NCBI GenBank assembly: GCA_009859145.1
Contig: VRVR01000024.1
Location: 214,870-278,869, forward strand
Direction of reading: 5' to 3'
Origin: Andalucia godoyi And28
Lineage: Eukaryota > Protista > Jakobida
DNA: 64,000 nucleotides
The number at the start of each line of letters is the position of its first letter. Position 1 is the first letter of the stretch. Below, in pieces: positions 53,701-60,558 of the stretch. A program made the translations under genes and the position numbers. The notes beneath the pieces are model-generated. The model did not search any database. It was not told the origin of the DNA and saw nothing but the letters and a program-made list of their open reading frames with translations.

Positions 53701-55478
53701 CTTCTATTGAAGCGCTGGCGCGAAAGAAGAAGATTGACATCAAGATGGTGTCCATGGGGCAAGGACAGGAGGTGATTGCGCGACGGCTGGTTGCGAATGC
53801 CGTTGTGAATGGTGGCTGGGTTCTTTTGCAAAATTGCCACTTGGGTTTGCGCTATTTAGCCGAGTTGGAAGAACAGCTGTTTGCGCCTGGTGGCTGGGTG
53901 TCTCTTGCTCAAGGTGCGCTGCAACAGGGTGCTGAGGTGTCGGAGAAGTTTGAGTGTGAACCGTCGTTCCGAATCTGGATTACTACAGAACCAAATCCCC
54001 GCTTCCCAATTAACTTGCTACAAGCTGCAATCAAGTTGACGAATGAACCGCCGCAGGGTGTGAAAGCCGGACTTCGTCGGTCGTTCGCGTGGGTGAACCA
54101 GGACATGTTGGATGCTGTGGATAAACCGCAATGGCGACAGATGTTGTATGCTGCCACGTTCCTGCACTCGACCGTGATCGAAAGAAAGAAGTTTGGTCCG
54201 CTTGGGTGGTGTGTCCCCTACGAGTTTAATCAAACTGATCTCGCTGCATCTGTGCAGTTCCTTCAGAATCACCTGTATAACCTGGACCCGAGAACTGCGA
54301 AAGGGCCATCTTGGGAAACGGTACGCTACATGGTTTGCGAAGTGCAGTATGGTGGCAGAATTACAGATGACTATGATAAGCGTTTGTTGGTAACGTATGG
54401 TGATATCTGGTTTTCGCCGCAGTTGTTCTCTGAGGAATTTGAGTTCTACAAGGGCTACAAGGTTCCGAACTTCAAGTCCATCCAGGAGTACAGAGGATAC
54501 ATTGACAGCTTGCCGTTGGTGGACACTCCCGAGATTTTCGGCATGCATCCGAACGCAGAACTGACGTTCAACGCGAATAAGTCAAAGGATGTTCTCGGTA
54601 CTATTCTGGATGTCCAACCGAAGGACTCTGGCGGATCTGGCGGAGAAACGCGAGAGGAGGCAGTTTTGCGAATTGCAAGTGACCTTCTTTCCAAATTGCC
54701 CCCTGATTATTCAAAGATTCAGGTCAAGACACAAATGAAGAAGATTGGAGGAACAACACCATTGAACGTGTTCTTGGGCCAAGAGATTGATCGCATGCAG
54801 ATTGTCATTTCCGCGATTCGCCGGACGCTTCTGGATCTGAAGCTTGCCATTGCAGGTACGATCATCATGTCTGCGGATCTGCAAAACGCGCTGGATGCGC
54901 TGTTTGATGCTCGTGTTCCAGCCAAGTGGCTCCGCGTCTCCTGGCCCAGTCCGACTCTTGGTTTCTGGTTTTCGGATGTTCTTGGACGTGTGCGGCAGTA
55001 CACTTCTTGGCTGACGGAAGGCCGCCCCAAGTCGTTCATGCTTGGATACACCTTCAATCCGCAGGGTCTTCTCACGGCTCTCAAGCAGGAATCGACGAGA
55101 AAGCACCAGGGCTGGTCATTGGACAACGTCGTGCTCAAGACCGAGGTGCTGAAGGAGGAGTCTCCGGATCAGCTGAAGGCCGCGCCGGACGATGGCATTG
55201 TCTTGCACGGATTGTATCTCGAAGGTGCCACATGGGATCGCAAGAACGTGAAGCTTATCGATTCGAAGCCAAAGGAGCTGTTCACTCTTCTTCCTCTGGT
55301 GCATGTGATCGCTGTGAACGTGTCTCCTGCAATCGATTCCCGAACCTATGTCTGTCCTGTGTACAAGATTCCGCGTCGTACGGCACTCAACTTTGTCTTT
55401 GATGTCACTCTGCGGTCCGACACAAACGTTGAATTCTGGACTCTCCGTGGAGTTGCCTGTCTTTTGAGCCGTGTGTAG
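41757..55478 (+). CDS. DNAH5: Axonemal outer-arm dynein heavy chain, gamma (DNAH5/8-type), 4573 aa, intronless
   Basis: P-loops GPAGTGKT, GPSGAGKS, GEPGTAKT (gamma-type A), GVGGSGKQ; DHC N1/N2 tail, stalk, C-terminal 'GLYLEGATWD'. Confidence 0.93.
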   Translation: MALDGRHKYVFGKAAELLGVSEADLVDFSKDTGAIDNVNSFFKAEGPPKLLIFNISDPSSLDTSGVHDRIDQVQLEHSKGFFMTVGEAPACVIGSPCIYFLRLSNKALAANSIDQDCVHGYFGKDMLGDLKTQLQTVLLPALKAQSNWGELTRDDGVTYDADIREFLESTERFLNNVREADLALHDIITLPPPSKNFQIKNTPEAMKAASLKLEVVVTYEETVRQWMSIISSLIAGSSLIRSEAEDSGPRAELEYWKSRMAKFNSVLEQLKAPQARVVFGVLRSAPSPVLVEWNKLDVAITNAANEAKDNVKYLYTLEEFYDPLYKLDPPNVIPTIPGLLNSIRMMYSIARFYNTAERMTALFVKVTNQIIVCCRKYLTTANNIFDEDRSAYVERLRSCVDLNDAYQRAYRETKLQLQSDPANRQFDFSESALFSNVDLFSERIVRIMDILHTISQFSTLEGCLIDGIQPLVKRFRQIVDDIKKKPQTFFLDHRKSDFDKYYLDFRRSVLDLESELVNFINEAFLKTSSTVRAISLLQQFKGVLQRESLQKLLEEKYLFVFEKYTSDLDMVKNQYEAQKEDPPVPRNTPKVAGSIFWSRQLLRRIERPMMFFLHTPVIQSKDGKRVVKLYNKIATALVSFETLWFDCWCQSVEAARDGLHATLLVRHPDTKALYVNFDTQIMQLLREARCLKRLGFDIPDTALIVCDQEERFKSYCEVLHHMVRVYSDCPKQISSGYKPLAQPLLQRLDDAIRPGLQSITWTSLNIDSYIANLKLEIEKFQEVVRKCEDIFKTRIEGGQAFIRNLRLIRIAPGESTMSVHYFLEKQTENIVSSTTDIDLRNQEIETATHDLVNFLHSVYLVPEAYEIEEDVKRFVRNQERQTFEAVALCIRHSVSFLKHRLTIPILPNGQRVVASADNAIFKADLTVLVPDVVLDPPLPDLQRVINTSMKMIIERMKFIYWWGQSRPTQTPLGNASPEKEVGSQAASDLRSIHVAMGSNRQVVKSYLQLTGAVEALKREVSEYIAMFARFNLLWNMNRADYVKAFMAKNPSLEDFESELKKFNNFKLEAERFQEFYVIGPITLDLSPLCATIKNESLAWKQAIGGILSERIKGDVQQLILYMDDTTQKLSRNVRDLEDINLIMSTLASLRETEAEIEMKLIPIEDTYALLNKYHVTIEQEEQDQVDVIRYTWKKLIVLARSTMDKMREIAPGFKKSLLDNVHSFAKDVDVFNKDFVENGPGVKGVKPRIAVDRVKTFQAQFDERERKMQAYQMGEQLFGLPVSEYPDLSRIGKELKLLAKLYDLYTDVLMTVNGYEEILWVDMNADAMGNQLLDFQNKCRKMPKQLRDWDAYEELKKMIDDMNETLPLLIGLAHPSMRDRHWDAVSELCGVKLEYQTPDFKIKTLLEANLLSHRDEIEEITSGAVKEADIEVKLGKVRDDWVSQDLQLGAFKNRGNLVLKSSETSELLALIEDTQMTLGSLLSNRYNRPFRKDIQLWIQKLTTVQEVLELFLQVQALWIYLEAVFSGGDIARQLPQEAKRFANIDKSWCKIMATAADNANVVKLCHGDDMLRNLLPHLFESLEICQKSLSGYLEAKRQVFPRFYFVSDAQLLEILGQGSDPHTIQPHLLSIFANLAKVQFDGVQRNKIVAMESAEAESVPLSTPLVCDGNIEDWLNKLVVVMADTVRDVSAQMFGRLDLIQDGGNRQKVEEFIAMFPAQVSLLGVQVFWTVDSEDALNKAKTEKNAMAVARKKFEALLATLIDVTTGNLSKRMRTNVETLITIHIHQVDIFLDLVKLRVRAANDFEWLKQTRFYWKPEEMRSIVSITDVDFDYCWEYLGCKERLVITPLTDRIYISCSQAMGMYYGGAPAGPAGTGKTETTKDMGSSVGKYFITINCSDQMDYRGMAKLYKGIAQSGIWCGFDEINRVELEVLSVVAAQIACIYAALRDRKTVFTFVDGTDIPLDPKCGIFITMNPGYAGRTELPENMKALFRSIAVVVPDRQIIMRVRLAASGFQENQALAKKFFILYRLCEEQLSKQTHYDFGLRNILSVLRTCGTTKRSNLTASETMVLMRVLRDMNISKLVEEDEPLFLSLIADLFPGTNVEASTYPELQQAIAKHADAMGLINSPGWNLKVIQFYEQWRVRHGLCLMGPSGAGKSSLLSVLLKSLSDVDVPTKEVRMNPKAITATQMFGRLDVQTNDWTDGIFSSLWRRSNKRTQGNSWIILDGPVDAVWIENLNTVLDDTRTLTLANGDRLGMPATLKLVFEVGNLDNASPATVSRMGMVYMGPSALGWEPVVEAWLKSSGRFEDEKAKLRDLFNKSVEGLLVELRDNFGPRMNVEPVNYLSTFLKLLAGLLPRAAPPQSNNPEDNKGPAIGAPRGPAKQCASHMHVERLFTFAACWSLGGLLELPGRRKFHDFMKKLGFDLPKIATSGGDGEDVVEETVFDYFVDDSGDWKHWSTRVPAWEYPRDPEKTPDFASILVPTVDNVRCGFLIQLIANQGLPVLLIGEPGTAKTVTIQQFLFSQDPDYVKNKMIAFSSATTPMIFQRTLEASVEKRMGTSYGPPPGKKLLVFIDDINMPEINEWGDQVTNEIVRQLVEDGGFFSLEKPGEWSSILDVHFLAAMNQPGGGRNDIPSRMKRHFSIFNVTLPSTVSVERIYGAMSAGHFCAERGFAAPVVEAAKLLPRFTRVLWEATKKKMLPTPAKFHYIFNLRDLSRTFQGILKSEHDVIKTKTDLFRLWRHECERVLPDRFNDPADLEWFGAATKQLIVKELGEEAAPAIMDTPIYFADFLREEVEPENPEDESYLPKIYEPIASFPQLQERLEYYQTQYNETYKKSPMDLVLFEYAMVHLLRISRVIRTARGNALLVGVGGSGKQSLTRLASFIAGYKTFQIVITKTYNITNLMDDLKALYRMAAVDSPVTFLFTDNEIKDESFLEYINMILTSGEISGLFPKDELDAALEDVRPIAKKEFPGFVDTSENLYKYFINRVRDRLHVVLCFSPVGDKFRTRARKFPGLISGCNIDWFPLWPLDALHATAKRFLGEFSMLVATDQVRSNLVDHICNVHDLVGQTTGQYFAKYRRNVFTTPKSYLSFIDSYKKVYKLKYEEVKVLADRINAGLSKLLQAEKDVSKMKIDLQVKEKDLAVAVTNTEKLLAVIKEQTAIAEKKKNEVQKVKDELQGQADQIKAEKEQAEAELEAARPALEEAESALNQIKPADIATLKKLGKPPNLIKRIMDGVLLLRMMSLDKVNVDPEFAAERSQILPSWGDAVKMMNDSNFLNALMSFERDAINDETCELLAPYLEMEDFTTDLARKSSGNAAGLCTWVRAMVTYHEVAKVVAPKRERLREAEVLLRAAQKELSAAQAELDEKQRQVDEMMTKLDAAMKEKQRLQDDATLTKSRLNAAEQLITGLAGEKIRWTQQSKEFDDKIRRLVGDVAIACAFLSYAGPFNSEFRTLLVAKRWKGDLDSRAIPRSSDEQMPSLTSFLTDENTIGEWTLQGLPTDDLSIQNGIIVTQASRYPLLVDPQGQAKKWIKSREDKNGLILTTLTHKMFRQHLEDALSQGRPMLIEDLGEDLDPVIDPLLEKQFIRVGARKKKVRVGDKEVDVEDGFVLYMTTKLPNPRYTPEIFAKTSIIDFTVTIKGLEDQLLGRVILKEKAELEESRKQLLEEINSCKKTVAKCEEDLLYRLSSSQGNLLDDASLIEVLNQTKKIAAEVTEKLSIAETTTEKITLAREEFRPVATRGSILYFVLTELSLVNVMYQISLELFLQLFDQAIDTADKSPFAAKRIENIISNSTFSIFKYVQRGLYEKDKLMYSLLLALKIDLVAGKISSVEFNTLLRGGAAVDMNTARKKPFAWIPDNSWLNLIALSSVSKFVQLLENIVANEAFWRGYYDAELPENSPLPEPFDGKLSQFQKFMLVRSWREDRAMMGAQQYIMESLGQQFVEGIPLDWELLWSESAPRIPVICLLSMGADPSSSIEALARKKKIDIKMVSMGQGQEVIARRLVANAVVNGGWVLLQNCHLGLRYLAELEEQLFAPGGWVSLAQGALQQGAEVSEKFECEPSFRIWITTEPNPRFPINLLQAAIKLTNEPPQGVKAGLRRSFAWVNQDMLDAVDKPQWRQMLYAATFLHSTVIERKKFGPLGWCVPYEFNQTDLAASVQFLQNHLYNLDPRTAKGPSWETVRYMVCEVQYGGRITDDYDKRLLVTYGDIWFSPQLFSEEFEFYKGYKVPNFKSIQEYRGYIDSLPLVDTPEIFGMHPNAELTFNANKSKDVLGTILDVQPKDSGGSGGETREEAVLRIASDLLSKLPPDYSKIQVKTQMKKIGGTTPLNVFLGQEIDRMQIVISAIRRTLLDLKLAIAGTIIMSADLQNALDALFDARVPAKWLRVSWPSPTLGFWFSDVLGRVRQYTSWLTEGRPKSFMLGYTFNPQGLLTALKQESTRKHQGWSLDNVVLKTEVLKEESPDQLKAAPDDGIVLHGLYLEGATWDRKNVKLIDSKPKELFTLLPLVHVIAVNVSPAIDSRTYVCPVYKIPRRTALNFVFDVTLRSDTNVEFWTLRGVACLLSRV

Positions 55479-55906
55479 TCGTGCATCCCGTAAATACATT
55501 AAAAAGACATCATCCAATTCCCGTCTTCCTCTTTTTTTCTTTTCTTTTCCCCTCGCCGGCTGTACGCGCTCCTTCATCCTTCCCTTCATCTTTCCCCCAA
55601 CGTGCTGTTGTAGAGTGCGTACAGTTTTTCCCCACCGAAGAAAAGGAGATCGGGAGATTTTTTCCTTTTTGATTCTTCCCCGTCTTTGTTGGCTTGTTTG
55701 GCTGAGCGTATTTAATTCGTGTTTTTTTAAATTTTAAATTAAATTATTCGCAAAACAAAAAAAAAAAGAAAGGTTCGACGGTATTCACAACGTTCACGTC
55801 ACATTTTTGCGAAGAATTTCAGAGGATCGCAATAGTCGCTTCCGTCGCTGGGGTTTTGTTCGTTGGGTACATACTGGTATATGTGCGTGAGTGAGCGTGA
55901 GGAGGA

Positions 55907-57643
55907 ATGCAGTTTCCTGACGTCCCCTATGACTTGCAGTGCCACCTTGTGACGCATAATTCGACTTCGCTGAACAAACTGGGATCGATGGTTGCGAACC
56001 AATCTCGAAGTCTGCGCGAGCAGTGGTGCGACGGCATCAGGTGTTTCAAGCTTCCGATCACGCTATCCGCCCCGTCCCTGTCAAAAGAACTGGCGCGAAT
56101 GATGTTTGGGTCTCGCAAGCGAAAAGCGCCGTCGCCGAAATCATCCATTGGGCGGCACCACTCGTCTGTGGATTTGGCCAGTGAAGTAGACTCGGTCTTT
56201 TTGCGATCGCCATCGCCGCCAGTGGTCGCAGACTCCTCGCCAGGCACAGCAGCAGCGTCCCCAACTTCAACGTCGATGATGATGACGACAAATTCTGGCA
56301 TCGGTGCCTCTGCGTCGTCCTATTCTCTCAATTCAAACACGCAGGTTGTCCCGTTTGTCGCACATACAGGCGGACGAAGTCGCATGCTTGATCCGTGCAA
56401 TAGAAGGCTTCGAGATGTCCTGTCCTCGATCAAGGATCTGTTTGAAACATCCAGGTTCCCGGGCTGCGTTACCATCTTTATCAATGTAATGGTATCGCAG
56501 CATATCATGTCGCGGTCTGCGCTGTACCCATTGCTGTATAGAGAATTTGTGGATTCTGGAGTCGCACCACTCATGTTTGATTCACAGCACGATCGGAATC
56601 CATGGCCGACTCCAAGGGAAATGAACCAGATGGGCCAGCCGTTTGTCGTGTTTATTGATGAATTGCACGGAGACGGAGCACAGTGCCTGCAGCCGTCTTC
56701 GTCTTCGTCTTCGTCACACTCGGCTTCCTCGCAGTTTGGAATGTTTCACTCTTTTTCAGAATGGGTAGTCGAAACCCGGAAATTATTCAAACATGAATCC
56801 GATTTTGATGATCGATTACGAAGGGAGGCATCGGACGAATTTGTCGGTCAACGGATGTTGATGATGCATCATTATCTGACAGGCATCGCGTCGGGATCCG
56901 TTTCGCTTGCATCTGAAGCGAATACATATGCATCTGTGGTTCGAAGAGCCGAGCAGCTGTTTAATCGATACAAGAAGATGCCGGGTTTCTTGCAAGTGGA
57001 CTTCTACGAGGTCGGTGCTGTAGTTCCTGCAGCGCAAAGTCTGAACCGTCGATGGGCTGTGGAGAGAGAGGCGATTCTTGACCTCTGGTCATCGGATCTT
57101 AAACGCGCGCCGTCGAAATCCTCTGACATGTATGAGGCTGGATTAATGATTCAAATGTCCACGACTGTCTTGGAGAATGAGCTGGAGCTGGATGACAGTT
57201 TCAGCAGCAATGCTGCAGATGCGGATACAGACGACGATGACGATGATGCGGAGGAAGCCATGGAAGATCCGACAGAAGCGGCGAACGCTCCTGCACGAAG
57301 TACGAAGATGGTTCGATTTCCTTCCCATGGCCGAATGAGTCGAAACGAGGCTACGGTCTCCATTTCCAGTACGAATGTGAACCCAAACCCCGTTGCTGCG
57401 ACACGAATGCGCGCACCTTCCTTGATACAAAACGACATCAGCTGGGTGTCAATGAATTCTCTCGACATGTCGCTCCACGGAATGGGTCCGATTGAGGAAT
57501 ACAACCACGACGAATTGTTTCCGGTGATGTCGGATTCGGTGAAGCGCGCCGTGGACGACTATGTTCGATCTCTGCGGTTCATCCGCTGCAGCAGTGTGGA
57601 TGCTCTGGAGGTCCAAATGGACCATTTGGCGATGAAAGACTAG
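55907..57643 (+). CDS. PI-PLC X / PLC-like phosphodiesterase family protein with low-complexity inserts, 578 aa
   Basis: 'THNS...NQSRSLREQWCDGIRCF' and 'PGFLQVDFYE' match the PI-PLC-X-like pattern. Confidence 0.65.
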   Translation: MQFPDVPYDLQCHLVTHNSTSLNKLGSMVANQSRSLREQWCDGIRCFKLPITLSAPSLSKELARMMFGSRKRKAPSPKSSIGRHHSSVDLASEVDSVFLRSPSPPVVADSSPGTAAASPTSTSMMMTTNSGIGASASSYSLNSNTQVVPFVAHTGGRSRMLDPCNRRLRDVLSSIKDLFETSRFPGCVTIFINVMVSQHIMSRSALYPLLYREFVDSGVAPLMFDSQHDRNPWPTPREMNQMGQPFVVFIDELHGDGAQCLQPSSSSSSSHSASSQFGMFHSFSEWVVETRKLFKHESDFDDRLRREASDEFVGQRMLMMHHYLTGIASGSVSLASEANTYASVVRRAEQLFNRYKKMPGFLQVDFYEVGAVVPAAQSLNRRWAVEREAILDLWSSDLKRAPSKSSDMYEAGLMIQMSTTVLENELELDDSFSSNAADADTDDDDDDAEEAMEDPTEAANAPARSTKMVRFPSHGRMSRNEATVSISSTNVNPNPVAATRMRAPSLIQNDISWVSMNSLDMSLHGMGPIEEYNHDELFPVMSDSVKRAVDDYVRSLRFIRCSSVDALEVQMDHLAMKD

Positions 57644-57737
57644 TGGTCCATCCTGTCTCCGCCCCCTATTCGGTTCCCTTTTCAGTCCCCCCGTCCCCAA
57701 AGCTCTTTCATGTATTATGCTCCCTTTCTTTTTTACC

Positions 57738-58907
57738 TTATTCACATGTTGCTGTACTCGCCATTGTCTCGGCAATTCGCAGCGCCTCTGTCTCGATGAC
57801 GTCTTCTGCAACTTCATCGAGCATTTCCTCGACTAGCTCATGCGCTGCGATTCGTGCAAGATGGACGCCAAATTCCACGTCCTTTTCAACTGTCTCGTTT
57901 CTCGCAACACCGGAAGCGACTGCATGAGATCGAAATGACTTTTCCAAGGATTGAACAAATGTCGGGTCTTTCCATCTTCTCCTCTTGTTCCTTACTTCTG
58001 TAACATACTGTAATATGTCTGCAATCTGTGCCATTGGCAATAAACCGCTGTCAACGCGATCCACGCGGTGGATGCATACCTGCTTCATAGGTCTTTTCTG
58101 CGAACTGCTAAGCGCCGAACGTCGTCTGTTCTCTTCCACCAGCGCCTTTGCCTTGCGTAACATTTGCATGAATTCGTGATGCGAAACCCCCGGGTAGCCA
58201 TCGACCGTCATTCCATGCTTTCCATCTTCATCTCCTTTTCCTTCTCTTTTCATCGGCACTACAGCTGCCCTCGCATTGTCTGCAGTCCCTGACGGATTGG
58301 ATGCCGCAGCGACGACGTCTGCTGCTTTCGGCCTCTGCACACCTGTTACATTCGAAGAAACATGCAGTGTTTCCCATTTGTATCCAGACGGCTTGAGCAG
58401 AAAACCTCCATCCTTCGATGCAGTGTTCCCACGAGGCGTCATCGCCTTTCTCCTGGACGTGTCCAACAACTTTGCTTCGTTTTGAACGTCCATCCCATTT
58501 GCAACATGCGTGTTTCCCGTTTCTACTCTTTCATCCCTATCTTTCTGTGAACTCGGTGTCGGCGACGACGACAATGGGGATGGATGGGATTTGTCGCATA
58601 ATCGGGTTTCTAACTCGTGCGACAGAATGCGAGACAGTTCTCGATTGATTTGGTTATCGCTCGATTCGGCAGACTTTGCTTTCGCAGGAGACCTCTTCAT
58701 GTCTGATGCCCCTGTCCCTGCTCCTGCTCCTGGATCTGGATGCAGAACATGGATCAACGAGTCCAAAAGATGCCGTTGCTGCTCTTTCTCATGCATCATT
58801 TGCCTTGTCTTTTCATTGAACTGAACCGTCAGCTTTCGTGTGGATTTTGACAACTCCTCGCGACTCCTTTCAAGATCGCGGATCTGCTGTCGGAACACCT
58901 CATTCAT
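57738..58907 (-). CDS. Uncharacterised protein with N-terminal coiled coil, 389 aa (ATG 58907)
   Basis: Open frame with natural composition; helical C-terminus 'AHELVEEMLDEVAEDV'. Confidence 0.6.
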   Translation of the reverse strand: MNEVFRQQIRDLERSREELSKSTRKLTVQFNEKTRQMMHEKEQQRHLLDSLIHVLHPDPGAGAGTGASDMKRSPAKAKSAESSDNQINRELSRILSHELETRLCDKSHPSPLSSSPTPSSQKDRDERVETGNTHVANGMDVQNEAKLLDTSRRKAMTPRGNTASKDGGFLLKPSGYKWETLHVSSNVTGVQRPKAADVVAAASNPSGTADNARAAVVPMKREGKGDEDGKHGMTVDGYPGVSHHEFMQMLRKAKALVEENRRRSALSSSQKRPMKQVCIHRVDRVDSGLLPMAQIADILQYVTEVRNKRRRWKDPTFVQSLEKSFRSHAVASGVARNETVEKDVEFGVHLARIAAHELVEEMLDEVAEDVIETEALRIAETMASTATCE

Positions 58908-59968
58908 CCCCCTTCCCCCCGATGTTTTTGTGGTGGTGATGGTTATTCTTGCTGTTCCTACAAATACTGCAATCCTTAACACCTGTACCAAAACAAGTCA
59001 ACGTCCCACCTGACCCGTCGATTTTTGCTGCACCTTGCGAGAATGAGACAGCATCAACTGAGTCCTTTATTTAAAAAAACAGTCTCCTGTTATTATTATT
59101 ATCTTTTGACCGCTGCGGCTTACTTCTTGTTTTCATTTTAACGCCAACTCATCTTATGCCTACGCACGCGCAGACGTAATCCTCCTCACGAGCCCTCTGT
59201 CGCTGGGAAAGACGGCAACTTGGACTCTCCACTTCTTCGTGGCTGAAGAATCATCAATTTCAAAGGCTTCTTCTAGACGGAGTTCGACGAGTTCTGGAAG
59301 AATGTCCAACGTATGCATGCTCCCATCGGACGCTTGCTTGTTCTGTTCATTATGTTCGTGAGCAATATGTGATGGACTTCGCCCATGTCTTTTCTGGCAA
59401 CGGCATCTGGAGGTCTGGGAAAATGGCAAGATGTGTTGCTGCTGCACGAATTGCCTGATTTTTCGGAACTGGCAAATTCGCGAGAAGTCATATGTGTTTC
59501 CGACTGGTGCGTTTTGTTCGGTTTCGTGCTGGTGAGTCTGGCCAAATCCGACAAGAATGGTGGTGGGACGACAAAGCAAAAGTGAAGCTTGCATGTTCAC
59601 AGAAAAGGTTTATCGGCAGAAAACCGAAGTGGGACTGGAAGTTGAAGGCTTGGAAGCTTTTTCGTTTTTATATTCTTTGGTCTGTGGAGCGGGGCCGAAG
59701 AGGGAGGATGTACGAGTGCTTCAAGAATGGTGGGCAGCAGCACAAATGGAGCCTGGACAGACGATCTCATCAAGCTCGGGATTTCCAGTAGGGACAAGCG
59801 GTTGGACTTTGCTGATGTCCGCACCAGCAGCAGCGAGCTCATGGATGATCTGCAAATGAGACGCTCGAAGTTCGTGGATTGCGGACCAAACTGCCATTCC
59901 AAGAACAGTGCCACCGTGCATGTTTTTCGACTCCAGATCTACCGTATTCAGGCTGGTCAAGTACTTGA

Positions 59969-60083
59969 CGCCTACATTATACACTGAACATGCATATATC
60001 TACGAATAGACATGATGTATATTCAGTCTTGCATCCCGTTTCCGGGAAGGGGATAGGCCCCAACACGCCTCACGGCGTTCTTC
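59969..60083 (-). ncRNA. Predicted omega-RNA scaffold of element A
   Basis: ACGCC-GUGA-GGCGU, GGGG-CCUAU-CCCC, UCCCG-GAAA-CGGGA, and about 20-bp stem capped by AUGUCUA-UUCG-UAGAUAU; CCUAU can pair with terminal GUAGG. Confidence 0.7.
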
Positions 60084-60558
60084 AGATAAATGCTCCGCGC
60101 TCCGTTCCCAATCTCGATCAATCGGTGAGCCACTTTCTCAGCGTGACACGTTGTTCCTGAGAAGGGTGCATTTTGAGTCTGACGGCCCTAGCAGCAGGCG
60201 CTTTCGTGTCCTCAGTTGCAGCGATTGATGCAGCTGGAGATACGAGAGGAAGAGGCGGTAGGCGTAGTGACACGTGGTCTCTTAGGAGGTCTGCGGGACC
60301 TAGGAGGCCCTGTATCGAGCGGCGTAGGCGTAGGCGAATGCGTCATCCTAGCGCACTCACGCCCATATTTGAATTAATAAAGCGGAATCAAACGAATGAT
60401 AGAATAGATGGCTACGGATGCTGCGTTAAAGAGTGTCGAAAATGCGGAGCCTGTGTCACAGGCTGTGAAACAAACGTGCTAGTGTCGGCCAGCATTGACC
60501 GTGTCTGTTTATGGATACTTCCCTTCCGTATGCATGACAATGACGTGTTATTATTCAA
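59969..60558 (-). mobile_element. Non-autonomous Fanzor2/TnpB-like element A, 590 bp, both junctions defined
   Basis: MTHSPTPTP... (ATG 60346), 'RAVRLKMHPSQEQRVTLRKW' (60189-60130), 'IDRDW(+1)NGARSIYLKNA' (DRD 60119-60111); flanked by CG(T) direct repeat; ends AGTGTATAATGTAGGCG. Confidence 0.85.

Noticed and set aside
42066-55589. Many antisense ORFs up to 297 aa inside the dynein gene
   Set aside because: Expected shadows of a long codon-biased CDS.
59160-59720. ORF patches on both strands (146, 66, 100 aa)
   Set aside because: Protein-like in places but no family recognised and frames are inconsistent; possibly another decayed gene.
59966-60557. Solo LTR (TG...CA ends, internal AATAAA)
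   Set aside because: No 4-6 bp TSD, removal at these ends breaks the ankyrin frame, and the interior has TnpB-like motifs.
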